64,000 nucleotides of DNA from Octopus sinensis. Lineage: Eukaryota. Under the pieces are notes generated by a model. That model searched no databases and had not been told where the DNA came from. It saw only the letters and a program-made list of their open reading frames with translations. Below are positions 1 to 12,761 of the stretch, piece after piece (the stretch's first letter is position 1; every line of letters begins with the position of its first letter). The stretch lies in contig NC_043010.1 of assembly GCF_006345805.1 (NCBI RefSeq), forward strand, positions 33,542,001 to 33,606,000, written 5' to 3'. A program made the position numbers and the translations under genes.

Positions 1-1078
1 TCTCACTCCAATTCTTCTAACCACAAAGCTTTCCTCATTCCATCCATCCACACAAACCAAAGTCTACCTCTAGTTCTCCTGCCTACCACTTCTGCCTTCC
101 TCATCCTCCTTACTATCTGCTCCTCATCCAACCTCTCCATATGGCCAAACCACCTCAATATTCATCTATCCATTTTGGTTGTTAGTTTTTCTCTCATTCC
201 TGCTCACCTTCGCACCTCCTCATTCCTCATCCTGTCCATCCATGTTACACTAACCATAGCCCTCAAACATCACATCTCAGACACATCTAGTTGCCCTCCC
301 CCCACGTTTCTGCACCATATAACATTGTCAACACAACCACACCCTCATACACCCCTATTTTCACTTTCATACTCAGCCTTTTATCTTGCACTTCTAAATA
401 CACAAAATATTTTAACATTTTTTAAATACAATTGCTAATAATTAATTATAACAATTCTGCTGAGGTCGACTTTGCCTTTCATCCTTTCGGGGTCGATAAA
501 TTAAGTACCAATTGCATACTGGGGTCGATCTAATCAACTAGCCTTCTCCTCCAAAATTTCAGGCCTTGTACCTAGAGTAGAAAAGAATATTTAGTTATAA
601 GAATATAATAGGATTTTTTAAATAGCAAATGGCTACAGCAGTCCATCCAATTAAGATAGGAAACAAAAAAGGGTCCACAGACAAAAAAAATATAGTTGAG
701 AACCCCTAGCAGTGCACCAGCATGGCCACCATCTAATGACTGAAACAAGTAATAGAAAAAGGGATAAAAATTTAAAATATAAAGAAGAAAGAAAAAAATA
801 ACATACATGGTGTACCAACGGGATTTGAACCTAGATCAGAAGAGTTGGCAGCAGGAAGCAATTAAAGTTCAGTAGTGTGAGAAGGGTGAAGAAGGTTTGA
901 AGAGAAGGGCATGAAATGAATTATTGGTTAACCCTTCAACTTTCAACTGTTATTAAGTGCATAGTCTGACAAAAAAATAAAATATAATCTGTCTCCTCTT
1001 TCTCTCTTTATTCTCTGTATTCCTCATTCTCTTTCTTTCTCCATTTAAAAATGGCAACTGATTGACCTCTCTGACACC

Positions 1079-1144
1079 TCAGACCTCAGGGAGGACCAGT
1101 GGAGAGTATGAGTGGGGTAGAATGACACAAGTATGTTCATCCTC
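1079..1144 (-). CDS. Candidate terminal coding exon of an unidentified minus-strand gene (EDEHTCVILPHSYSPLVLPEV*)
   Basis: Very strong minus-strand acceptor (TTTTTTCTTTTTTTTTTTCTTTCTTTCTTTACAG, AG at 1146-1145). 21 open codons in phase 0 to TGA (1081-1079). AATAAA on the minus strand at 1012-1007. No protein family recognised. Confidence 0.3.
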   Translation of the reverse strand, partial: EDEHTCVILPHSYSPLVLPEV

Positions 1145-1974
1145 CTGTAAAGAAAGAAAGAAAAAAAAAAAGAAAAAATACCCATCATCACCATCACCAA
1201 CTCTGCTAATATTCTCTAAAAGTACCCTCAATGAAACTGTTGCACTAAAAGGTAGTACCCTGCTCCCTGTTCTTTTTTTGTATATTATTTTCTCTTTACA
1301 TACACTTCAAAACAAAAGTTTCTTTATGTACAAACAACTAAGCATAAAAAGAAAACACAAGCACACACAGGAATAGATACACATGGACTCACACAGACAA
1401 CCATTCAAGAACATAGACACACATGTATGAGCACAGTGTTAGGAAGCAAGCAAGTTTAAACAAAACAAAACAAAATCCCATAAAATGCCTAGTATACTGT
1501 TAAAAAACACTATTATTAAATAAAGAGCCAGTGAAGTACTGGTCCATGTAATTCACTGTAGCTCACCCCCACCCCCAGCAGAGCTGGCACAGTCATTAGC
1601 ACATCAGACAAATGGCTTAGTGGTATTTTTTTTCCAGCTATTTATGTTCTGAGTTCAGATCCCACCTAAGTCATATTTGCCTTTTATCCCTCCAGGGTTG
1701 ATAAAATAATAATACTTGTCAAATACTAGGGTTGATGTAATCAACTTGTCCAAAACACCCGTTAAAAATTGCTGGCCTTGTGCCAAAATGAGAAAGAATT
1801 GTTATTAAGGTGCAGGCATGGCTGTGCTTCCCAGCCACATGGTTTCAGGTTCAGTCCCACAGCACGGCACCTTGGATAAGTGTCTTCTATAGCCTCAGGC
1901 CAACCAGAGCTTTGTGAGTGTATTCAGTAGACAGAAGCTGAAAGAAGCTTGCTGTATACACCATACAGGCATAT

Positions 1975-2214
1975 CTCTTGCATCCCTCTCCAGGTGAGCA
2001 TTTCTAATCTTACAGGCTGTGGATGCTGGTGTTGCATTAAAAGCACTTAGTACACTCTGTGAAGTGGTTGACATTAGGAAGGGCATCCAGCCTTAGAAAC
2101 CATGCCAAAACAGATATGAAGCATAGGCAGTTCTTCAGCTGGCCAGCTACCATCAAACTGTCCAACCCATGCTAGCATGGAAAATGGACGTTAAATGATG
2201 ATGATGATGATGAT
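1975..2214 (+). mobile_element. SINE family C copy ending in a (GAT)n tail, interrupting a SINE family A copy (1812-2445)
   Basis: Ends ...GGAAAATGGACGTTAAATGATGATGATGAT. Homologous copies at about 34770-34985(-), 40003-40300(-), 47404-47700(-), 55020-55150(+) and 58955-59190(-). The two halves of the host SINE-A rejoin across it. Confidence 0.75.
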
Positions 2215-2649
2215 ATATGTATGTGTGTATCTTTATGTCTGTGTTTGTCTCCCCACCCCACTTGACAACCAGCGTTCATGTGTTTACATCCCTGTAACTT
2301 AGCGATTCAGCAAAAGAAACCAACAGAATAAGTACAAGACTTTAAAAAAAAATAGTCCTAGGGTTGATTTGTTCAACGCAAAACCATTCAAAGCAGTCCC
2401 CCAGCATGGCCACAGTCAAATGACTGAAATAAGTAAAAGATAAAGTTGAGCAAAAAACTTAGTAAAATTTCTTCTAGATTTTTATATTCTGAGTTAAAAA
2501 TTCCACTAAAGTCATTTTTGCCTTTCATCTAAGATCCAGTCAAGCACCTTCCCTGCAATTGCTGCCTTGTGCCAAAACTTGAAACCATTGGCACCTACCT
2601 TCACTGCTTTCTACAAGTTGGGCAATGCAGTTGGTGAAAGTTCTACATA

Positions 2650-3043
2650 GGTGTTGGAGTGGCTGTTTGGTAAGTAGCTTGCTTACCAACCACATGGTTC
2701 CGGGTTCAGTCCCACTGCATGGCACCTTGGGCAAGTGTCTTCTGCTATAGCCTCGGGTCAACCAAAGCCTTGTGAGTGGATTTGGTAGGCAGGAACTGAA
2801 AGAAGCCTGTCGTATATATGTATATATATATATGTATGCGTATATGTTTGTGTGTCTATGTTTGCCCCCCAACATCGCTTGACAACCGATGTTGATGTGT
2901 TTACGTCCCTGTAACTTAGCAGTTCAGCAAAAGAGACCGATAGAATAAGTACTAGGTTTACAAAGAATAAGTCCTGGGGTCGACTAAGAGCAGTGCTCCA
3001 GCATGGCCCCAGTCAAATGACTGAAACAAGTAAAAGAGTAAGA
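2650..3043 (+). mobile_element. tRNA-derived SINE family A, near full length (CORE-like GGCACCTTGGGCAAGTG segment, internal TA/GT tract)
   Basis: tRNA-like head GGAGTGGCTGTTTGGTAAG...GGGTTCAGTCCC and 3' end ...ATGACTGAAACAAGTAAAAGAG. More than 15 homologous copies or fragments lie in the window on both strands. Confidence 0.85.
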
Positions 3044-3544
3044 AATCTAGGTGATGGGTAAGACTGATAATGGTCTCCAGGAAACTTTAGATGTCGACAA
3101 GGATGAACTCTGTTTCAACGGCACTGATGCCAAGCTGTATCGGCCTTTGCCTTTCTCTTGGATAACATCAGTGGCATAGAGAGGAGAGGATGGTATGCAT
3201 GAGCGATTGCTGGTCTTCCACTAATAACTTTGCCTGGACTTGTGCCTCAGAGGGGAACATTCTAGGTGCAACTCCATGGTCATTCTTGACTGAAGGGGAT
3301 CATTACCACTTCTTAACCCCTTTGGACATTAACAAGGTGTTCAAAGCAACTGGAACCATTGGATACAATCACACAGTTTTGCATAGATAAAAAAAAAAAC
3401 ACCAAGCCCAAAGCACATGACTAGCCAAGCAATCAACCAAACATATTGTGAAGATAATCATTTATACATATTTTATCACTAAATATTTTCAAGCTGTATC
3501 TCTAACATAATCCTCTTAATCCATATTGATTTGTTATTAAATAT

Positions 3545-4897
3545 ATTTACCTTAATCCTTTGGACAAGAGGTATTATTAGTATTACTAGTATTATTCTTA
3601 ATAACATTAATATTATTAGTATTATTATTATTGTTATTAATATTAATATTAATATTGTTGTTGTTGCTATTAAGTAATCACATTGTAGGTTGGTTGGTTG
3701 GCTGGTAGGCTTTTACTTAACTTCAGCTGTTGGACTACAGAGATGCTGGGCTCTACCACCTTTAATATGACTGAATGTTGAGTTGGGATTAAATGACATG
3801 ATGTGTGTGTGTGTGTTTATGTGTCTCAAGCCATTGTCTTTGACATTGTTTGTGCACTGTGTACAAAAACAATGCCACCACATACACAGTTTCATTGTTT
3901 ACATCTGCTGGGCTGGTTGTTCAAGAGCTTGGTGTTCAAAGGGCCAAGAATAATAGTACCTTACTTGGAAACCAGTGTGGGTCGGTGACAGGCAGGGTAT
4001 CTAGCCATAGAAAAATTGCCTCAGTAAGTCTCACCGAACTCATTACTAACATGGAAAAAGCCCGCATTGAAACAATGATCACACACACACACATAATTTT
4101 CATCTCTTGCTTCCCCATATGTTCTTGCAATCCCTTCTTGCTCCTAGTTTAGCTATCCCTATTCATGTCTGCTCACTTTGTAAGTTGAGAGGCCACCTGG
4201 ACACCTCATCGCTGCTATCTTATCACTTTCCAGCTTCCTGATCATTCTTGCCTTCTGTTCTAAACATGAATAACCATGTACACAGGTAACCATGTTAACT
4301 CCTCTACAGCAGGGAACCTATTCTGCCTCTTGCTCTCATATTTTTTTTAAAAGCACTCATTTCATAGCATAAAACCTGTTCCTGCCAGGAACAGGTTTAA
4401 ATATGTATGTATATGTATACTGGCTTTAGAAGAAAGTTTGTAGTAACATGAAACACTTAATTTAATCATAGAGTCTGCATTCAAATATAAATATACTCTG
4501 AGTTATGTATTGAATTCTTTAATGGATAGCACTCTCCTTCATTCTTTGATTATCAAATGTATATGTTGTTTGCATATCTATGTGTGTATGTTTGAAAGCA
4601 TGGCTGCATTATTCAGAATTTTACCTCCTGATTATGTTATTCAAACGATCTGTTTGGCACCTTGTGGAGACAGAAATGCTTTGGGCAGATTGAATTGTAC
4701 CTGTAATTCAAAAGAGCTGAAACTAAGTAAAAGACTACCAACCAACTAGCCAACCAACCGACCTCCATTGTGATTACTTAATAGCAGCAACAACAATATT
4801 AATATTAATATTAACAACAATAATAATAATACTAATAATATTAAGAATAATGTTAGTAGTACTAATAATACCTCTTGTCCAAAGGATTAAGATAAAT
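3545..4897. repeat. Long inverted repeat with ~180-bp arms (3545-3728 and 4715-4897) about 1 kb apart
   Basis: TTAATCCTTTGGACAAGAGGTATTATTAG...CTTTTACTTAACTTCAGCT is matched in reverse complement by AGCTGAAACTAAGTAAAAG...CTAATAATACCTCTTGTCCAAAGGATTAA. Confidence 0.9.
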
Positions 4898-5052
4898 TTA
4901 TTACCAGGACACACTGATTCAGCCTCAGAATTATAGTAATGGTGCATGATTGTGGAATACTAAACCAACCAGCTTGAGAACACTTCTAGTTTTGTGATTG
5001 TTGTAAAATGTTCCATCAAGATTTCCAATTGATGTTCCAAATACTATCTTAA

Positions 5053-5251
5053 CCCCTTTAGCATTCAGATAACTTTGTCAAATGTAATGCTTATTTATAT
5101 ACATTGTTTTGAATTAATCATGTATTGTCTTGTAGCTTTGAGATTTCAATGACATTCCAGGATAGACAGGTGTAAGAGGCCAGATCTGACCAGTTTGAAC
5201 ATAAAACAAGTAGAATATTTTGGCCAGATATGGCCAGCTTAAATGCTAGGG
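5053..5251 (+). mobile_element. MITE family 1 (piggyBac-like: CCCTTTAG...CTAAAGGG termini, TTAA TSD) nested in MITE family 2
   Basis: TTAA at 5049-5052 and 5252-5255. The flanks (...GTTCCAAATACTATC|TTAA|TAATGACAAAA...) rejoin into the MITE-2 sequence seen at 19360-19475. Confidence 0.8.
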
Positions 5252-5570
5252 TTAATAATGACAAAATTATTTGTCTAGATTTTTGATTATTTTCAAAAGA
5301 TAATTGAAACAAAAGCCAGTCTATGTCTATAGAAATATGGTAACAAAAGGCTTAATCTGCTCAAAAGGGGTTAATCCATTCAAAAGAGTTAAACATTCAG
5401 ATTACTCTGTCAAATGTAAAAGTTATTTATTCACGTTATTGTGAATTAATCATACATTATTTCATAGCTTCAAGATTTCATTGAACTGATTGTTTAATTT
5501 CAGAATGACATTGTGGGGTACATGTGACAAGCCAGATCTGGCTGGTTTAAATGCTAAAGGGTTAAACAGT

Positions 5571-5820
5571 GGAGATGCATGGCTCAGTGCTTAGAGTATT
5601 GGACTCATTGTAAAATTGTGGTTTCAATTCCTGGACCGGGCAACACGTTGTGTTCTTGAGCAAAACACTTCATTTCACATAGTTCCAATTCACTCTGCTA
5701 GCAGAAATGAATAATCCTGCGATGGACCAGCATGCTGTCCAGGTGGGGAATATATAAGCCATGGAAACTGGGAAACCAGCCCTTATGAGTCGGCATGAGT
5801 CAAAAAGGTAACTTTACCGT
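5571..5820 (+). mobile_element. tRNA-derived SINE family D
   Basis: A-box-like TGGCTCAGTGC, B-box-like GGTTTCAATTCC, body GTTGTGTTCTTGAGCAAAACACTTCA. Homologues at 61188-61424(+), about 26540-26800(+), 10340-10590(-) and 53565-53840(-). 3120-3245 matches the reverse complement of 53570-53690. Confidence 0.75.
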
Positions 5821-6258
5821 TACCATTGTCTAGGGTTTTAATCAGTCGTACACCTCTCAAGAAAGAAAGGCAAAGACAATTGAAAATAAAAGGACATAAC
5901 TGGATATAACATTGATTCTTTGGTTTCACACACTGATTTATGCTATCCACCACCTACCTATATGTGTATGTCTGTCTATCTGCCTGTTTGTCAACAATGG
6001 TCAGTCTTCATTTCACTTTGATCCAGTCCACCGAGCTAGAAAAAAGTCCTGCATTGGACCAACATCCCATCCAAGTGAGTAATGCATAATTGCCATGAAA
6101 CCGAAAAACCAGCCCTTATCAGACGGTTTGACTCAAGAAGGTAACTTTACCTTTTGAAAGGGTTAAGCATAATGTTCTGTTGATTGAAAAACTCGAACAA
6201 GCTTCATCAAAACTTTGGTGAGATCTATCACAAGCACACACACATACACACACACACA

Positions 6259-6316
<58 letters not shown>

Positions 6317-6692
6317 GCAAATATGCCTAATGAGTACAAGAGATGGTGCACATGCTGCTGATCTAGATTGCATGATTATAAAATGCAAGTTACGAAAATA
6401 TAGAAACAACCCACCTGTCACAATTTGTCAGTCAGTAACAGTAGAGCAAGAAGTGGGTAGATAACAGGAGCAGAAGGAAAGTGGTGTGAGGTCACATCTG
6501 AAAACAGAGGGGCCTCTTATTAGATCAAGCATGGAATTGAGACAAATATAGTAATGTTTTGTTGTACCTTTCTCAGGCTTCTCTCAGTTTCCACCTACCA
6601 AATCCACTCACAAGGGTTTGGTTGGCTGGGGTAATACTTTATTTAGGCTTTCTGGTTTATGGAGGTTTTGTTGCACACACACACACACACAC

Positions 6693-7092
6693 AATCTCAG
6701 GTGGTTTTAACAAAAGATTCATATATAGTACCAAATTCAACACTAGTATTAAAACAGCATCCAAACAATTGTAGATGGGTTGCAGTTGCAGGCAGCCTCA
6801 TGGTCTGATTACAGGAGAGAGAGAGAGAGCACGATAGAAGTTGTTGAAAGATACAGATTTGTGAAAGTAGCAGTTTATATGTTATAGCAAACTGGATATC
6901 TCCCACTCCACTCTGCTTCTATGCTCCACACACCCCCATCCTTTCTATTGGTGATTGGTGATCACTTGGTATTGAAAACTTTTGGCAATCTCACTCATCT
7001 ACAGAAATCAATATTCATCATTTTTCTAAGAGGCAATAGGCTTTTGACTATCCGTTTGGTAAACGAGGTGGCAGTGGTGGAAGTGGGGGGGG
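6693..7092 (+). repeat. Dispersed direct duplication, copy 1 (copy 2 at 19954-20409)
   Basis: About 400 bp nearly identical to 19954-20409, apart from a 58-bp deletion between two ATGGTC hexamers. Confidence 0.95.
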
Positions 7093-7192
7093 GAGGGGGA
7101 TGGAAAGTGTATGTGTGTGAGAGGGGGGGTTATTGTTACCATGTTTGCGTGTGTATGTGTGGACTATGGTAGCTGTTGAAACTGGAATACAT

Positions 7193-7235
<43 letters not shown>

Positions 7236-9190
7236 TATATACTTGTACACATATATGTACATACCTACCCATATACTCATGTGCTTGTACAGAAGCACAC
7301 ATGCATACACATATGTACAATCACATACATAGTGACATTTTGTTAGGTCTTTGTTAGAATGGAAAACAACAAAGTAACACTAACAACTAGTAGGTACTAT
7401 TATGGTCGTACAATTGTATTTGACTGTAGAACAGTGGAACTGGTTCTTGGAAAATGATTTCAAGTACAAATGATAGGTAAAAAAAAAAACAAAAAAGAAG
7501 AATCTTTCTCTCCCCCCCACCTGCATCCTCAGTGATTAGTGACATTTACCCCCCCCCCCATACACCCTGCTCATTGTAAACTGCTATTCAGCTGATAAAA
7601 GACAGGTTTCTACTCAATTCTTTTCTACCTCCTACTCTTCCTCCTTCTGTCTTTTCTCTTTCTCCTCCTCCTCCTCTCCCCCTTTGCCACATCTACTTTT
7701 GTTTTATTTTTGTGTTTGTTTTTTTTCCTTTTTTCTTTTCAGTTTTACCTTCTCTTCTCACTCCTCCTCTTTGCTCTCTTTCTTTTTCTCTTTCATTCTC
7801 TTTCTTTCCTCCACTTCTTCCTCCTCCTCCACCTTTTTCTTCTAGACAAATAATAGCTATCTTAGTTTGGCTCCTCCCCCTCCTTCTCTTCACCCCCTGC
7901 CTTCCCCCCCTCCGTTTCTACAGACCCATTCTTGTTCTCTGGGGGCAGGTGAAGAGATGGGCGGGGAGTACTTGAGTGGATGGAAGATTATCTATGTAAA
8001 AGACTTAACATTTGGCAAAGAGAAATTAAAGTAAAGAAGAAACAAAAGAAATGAAAAAAAAAAAACAAATAAAGAGAATAAAAAGAGTGTGGCAGAAGAA
8101 GATAATAAGAGAAAGAAAGAAAGAAAGAAAAGGTGGGGGGTAGGGGTGCTGGTAAGAGGTGTTTAATTATGTGATTGTCATTGTGAAACTATTGTCTTTA
8201 TTTTGCTTTCCATGAGTCCCAAATAATCTACTTCATTGGTTTATTTCTTTTGTTAGAGAAGGGAACAGGGTGGAGGGTGGTGGTCGTAGGGGGGGATAAG
8301 TAGAAAATTAAATAATAATAATAATAACAACAATAATAAAATAATAACAACAATAATAATAAAACTATAATAATGATATAAGAGAAAGAGTTTGCTAAAT
8401 TGCAAACAAAAGGCATCTAATTATTTACACTTTTCTTCTTGTTACTGCTACTGTTGTTGTTGTGTTGATGTTGTTGTTGTCATTGCTATTTGTTTTTGCC
8501 ACAAGACTATTAATACCTTGTAGCATATGGCCATGTGGTTTTCTCAAACTATATATATTTTGCATTTGGTGCCATTGTGTGGCACCTGGTTGCATGTGTT
8601 GCCTCCTGTGATACCTACAGGTTGAAGCAAACCCTGTGAGGGAAAACTTGTTGGACTGAATCTGTATAGAAATGCATTGAAGGTGGTGACCTGTTATGTT
8701 TTGGGGATGGGGGTGAATACATTTCACTTTTCCCTTCTTTGCTAGAAATGTTTAAAAATACCAGTTGAGTACTGCGGTCCTTATAATCACCCTTTCCATT
8801 CTAACCTTGGAGTTGGGTAAAATAAAAACTCCAGTCATGTACTGAGGCCAGTATAATCAACTGTTTCCTCCCTGAAATTTATGGCATTGTGCTTCAAATA
8901 AAAGCTATTATGGCTGTCATCATTGTTGTTTTCTATATAAACAGTCACAGTTCACAGAGCTCTGTGTAGAAAACATTTTCTTTCAGAATTTTATTTTTTT
9001 GTCTTTTCACCTCTAGACAGCTTTGGATCAGTGAAATGTGAGCCCCTTTTCTTAGGTTAGAGTAAAAAATTGTCAATGGGGCTCTTTGAACTGTTTACAC
9101 ATTTTTAACAAATAACCATTTGCAATATTTACATGCAGTGGTGCCAGCAGTAACATAAACAAATATACAATTATTTTTCATATATGTTAT

Positions 9191-9595
9191 AGGCACAGGA
9201 GTGCCTATAAGAAGCTTGCTTCCCAACCACATGATTCCAGGTTCGGTCCCACTGCGTGGCACCTTGGACAAGTGTCTTCTATTATAGCCTTGGGCTGATC
9301 AAAGCCTTGTGAGTGGATTTGGTAGACAGAAACTGAAAGAAGCCCATTGTGTACATATATATGTGTGTATGTAAGTATATGTCTGTGCTTGCCCCCCCCC
9401 CCCAACCACGACCACAACCACCATTGCTTGACAATCAATAATGTTGTGTTTACATCCCTGTAACTTAGTGGTTCTGCAAAAGTGATCAATAGAATAAGTA
9501 CTAGGCTTACAAAGAATAAGTCCTGAGGTCGATTTGTTCAACTAAAGATGGTACTCTAATATGGCTGCAGTCAGATGACTGAAACAGATAAAAGA
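9191..9595 (+). mobile_element. SINE family A copy
   Basis: Aligns by eye over its length to 2650-3043. Confidence 0.85.
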
Positions 9596-9717
9596 ATATA
9601 TATATAAAGCACAAGCAGAACAAGTACCATAGAAGATACAAAATAGAATAGTGTCTGAATGAAAACAGATACAGTATTAATGGTAATAACAACTACATTC
9701 CATAATTTACTAACATT

Positions 9718-9972
9718 ATGGAGCAAAAAGAGCAATTTAACTTGAGCCAGTTCAAAGAAAAAGAGGAGTGGATAAGGTATGTCACAAAAGGTGGTACCTC
9801 TTTGTCAAAGACACTCAGACTGGATATGAAGGACAGAAGGGTCTGTTACTGCCTGTGTGGTAATAAAGGCTATTTGAGGGACTTCTGCATAAAAAAAGTA
9901 AAGCAAAAAGAAATTAGAGAAGTGAGGATAGATAGCTGCAGAGGTGACAGCAATATAACAGTGGGCCTCTGA
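9718..9972 (+). pseudogene. Possible decayed retroelement gag-like zinc-knuckle relic
   Basis: ORF contains CYCLCGNKGYLRDFC. The C-x4-(H>Y)-x4-C spacing fits a CCHC knuckle with one CAT>TAT change, but the first C-x2-C spacing does not fit. Confidence 0.25.
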
Positions 9973-10816
9973 AGACTATAGTATTGCTACAATTGTTTTT
10001 CAGAGCATCACCATTCATAGGCCTGAGAATGGCCAAAGTGGGAGCAAAAGAAATCATCTTGTCCTCAATTCACTAATTGAAAGTTAGCGTCAGGAAAGAT
10101 ATCTAGCTTTAGAAAATCTGCCTCATAAATTTTGTCTGACTCATGCAAGCATGGAAAAGTGGATGTGAAAATGATGATGCTGTACATCTCCACATGTTTT
10201 GTAACTTATTTTATATAAAACATATGTAGGCCCTTGTGGCCAATACTGAAAGGATGTTTTGATAGGGCTGACTCTTGTTATGCTGTGTTTGTCCTCAATG
10301 CAATTAGTTTCAATCATGTTTTTAGAGACTGAGTTGCTTCAAAGTACAGCAGCATCAGCCAGTTAGTTACCTGGTCTCTATAGTGTATAAGTGACTGAGA
10401 TTACAATATTCCCCTTGAAAGGGACATTGGACCATCACAGGGTTCCTCATTTACTGCTGAGTGATTTGTATCAGCATGAAATGAGATGACTTACTCAAAA
10501 ATGCAACACATCACCCAGTCCAGGAATTGAAACCAAACTCTTGCAATTGTGAGCACAACATCCTAACTGCTAAGCTATGTGTCTTCACTCAAGTTACAGT
10601 ATTCTTTAGAAAATAAAAAAATAAGCAAAATGAAATGGTTACAGCTGGAATGAGTTAATCAGCCTTAAGCGGATTTGTCTGATCAAGGACTCACCAAAAA
10701 AAGAAAGTCCCTCTACGAACCCTTCCAGCTTGTAGTCATCCTGCTCTCTTTGCTAACAGAAAACTGTAACAACTTACCAATGATCTTTATGCAGTAATGA
10801 TAATAGTCTAACTGAC

Positions 10817-10944
10817 CAATGGAAAATTGTGTAACAACACCATGGTCCCACACTGCAGAAATCTTCTGGTTGTCTCTATTTCTCCCTGTCCCACACTATC
10901 CAACTGATCAATTACATAATCCTCAGAAAGTAATCTCTTTGTTT
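10817..10944 (-). CDS. Candidate internal coding exon (128 nt; xTKRLLSEDYVIDQLDSVGQGEIETTRRFLQCGTMVLLHNFPL)
   Basis: Minus-strand acceptor TCTTTTGCGTAATTATAG (AG 10946-10945) and donor GTCAGT (10816-10811). Open frame with protein-like, non-repetitive composition. Family not identified. Confidence 0.45.
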
Positions 10945-11468
10945 CTATAATTACGCAAAAGATGATTTCTCTTCTTTTTTTTACATTGGAAAGATTTGTT
11001 GGCGGTGGCGGTGGTGGTGGTTGTTGTTTAGCCACAGGTCAGCCCTGATTGATCAGTCAGAACTATGATCAAAGGCATTCAAGCTGTGATATAAGAAGCC
11101 TAATTGCAACTGGCAAAAATTCAAGAAAAGACCTAACAGATGATATTGATGGAAATGGGGGAGGGTTGGATTGGATGAAAAGGCTCAATCTTTTCTGACA
11201 TAACAATGTGGTTAAAAATAACAATAGAAATAATGGCTTTTAGCATGAGCACAAGATCACATATTTGTGGGGAGGAACAGTTAATTATAATGACCACACT
11301 ATTAAACTGGTGCTTTTATTTTACTACAAGCAGGGTAAATAAAGGTGTTAATTTCAGTAGGATTTGAAATCAAGAGTGGAAGGAGTAATGACTAAAGACT
11401 ACAGAAGGTATTTTGTCTGGCACTCCGACAGTTCTGTTATCCTCTGTTTTAAAAATAATCTACATAAC

Positions 11469-11500
<32 letters not shown>

Positions 11501-12705
11501 GCTGGACCTGTGAAAACTCAAAGAAAACAAAAAATGTAAGCATCTGTAAACAATGTACTGGTGCCATGAGAAATGTTTGCATATTATAATGGTCTGTCTT
11601 TATGCTCTGAGTTCAAGTTCTGCCAAAGTCAACTCTACCTTTTGTCCTTTCAGGGTCGATAAATTAAGCACCAGTTGTGTACTGGGGGCAATCTGATTAA
11701 CTGGCTCCCTCCCCACAAAAATTTCAGGCTAATCAAAAGATTTTTTAGCAGCATAAGTTGAGCCAATGTCTCTTTCTTATGTCCTCTCTGAAACATTTAA
11801 AAACATAAAAGGAATGCCATCACCACTCACTGTCTCTTTCACTCTCTCTTTCTCTCACACTCTCTGGCTTTCTCTCTTACTTCCTCTCTGTTCTCCTCTC
11901 TCTTGCTTTGCCACTTCAATGAAGTGTGACGCACACAACAGGTATGTACAAAAACAGAAAGTTAGCGTATTAATATTATTGATAATGATAATAATTTGCC
12001 CTGATGCAGTACCAAGCAGTGGCTCTCATGGCTTCTGATCTTTTGTCTTGCTATAAAAGATGGGCTACCACAGATTTTCTTGTCAGTTGTTTGACTGTAA
12101 CCAGTTGAGCATGTCCCTTAGTGGCTGACGATATGTGCATCTCTAATCATGAGCAGGAGTAATGGAGGAGCATCATAGCCATGTGTTGAGAGGAATTATT
12201 GGGGGTTTGGATAATTCACCTTTGAAAACATGAGTGTTTCATTCAACATCCTTAAACAACCCTTATTCAGAGACCTTTTGAGTGGGATGGGCTACACAAC
12301 CTGAAGATAAACAGTGCAAGGTCATGCACTGTTTATCTTGATGTGAGATCACTATATTGCACACATATGGTTGTGATGCATATGCCTGGTGTACCCTTAT
12401 CAGACAGGTAGACATGATGTGTATACTGGGTTTCGTATATTTTACCCCAGTGTCACTTTGATGGCATGCACTGCTCTCTCAATAATAATAATCCTTTCTA
12501 CTATAGAAAGGCCAGCAATTTTGTGGGAGGGGTAAGTCGATTACATCAACACCAGTGCTCAATTGGTATTTATTTTATCAACCCTGAAAGGGTGAAACGC
12601 AAAGTCGACTGTGGCAGAATTTGAACTCAGAAAGACAGCTGAAATACCGCTAAGCATTTTGCCCAGTATGCTCAGCTTGCTGCTCTAATAATAATGATGA
12701 TGATC

Positions 12706-12761
<56 letters not shown>

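Noticed and set aside
6415-6497. Minus-strand 83-nt exon-like segment (TTTTCAG acceptor, GTGGGT donor)
   Set aside because: Stop codons occur in all three frames. It could only be non-coding, and nothing else supports it.
7924-8010. Plus-strand acceptor at 7923 followed by GVLEWMEDYLCKR (LINE-like) or a short exon
   Set aside because: The donor is weak, the similarity is too short, and the upstream pyrimidine tract is part of a low-complexity CT-rich region.
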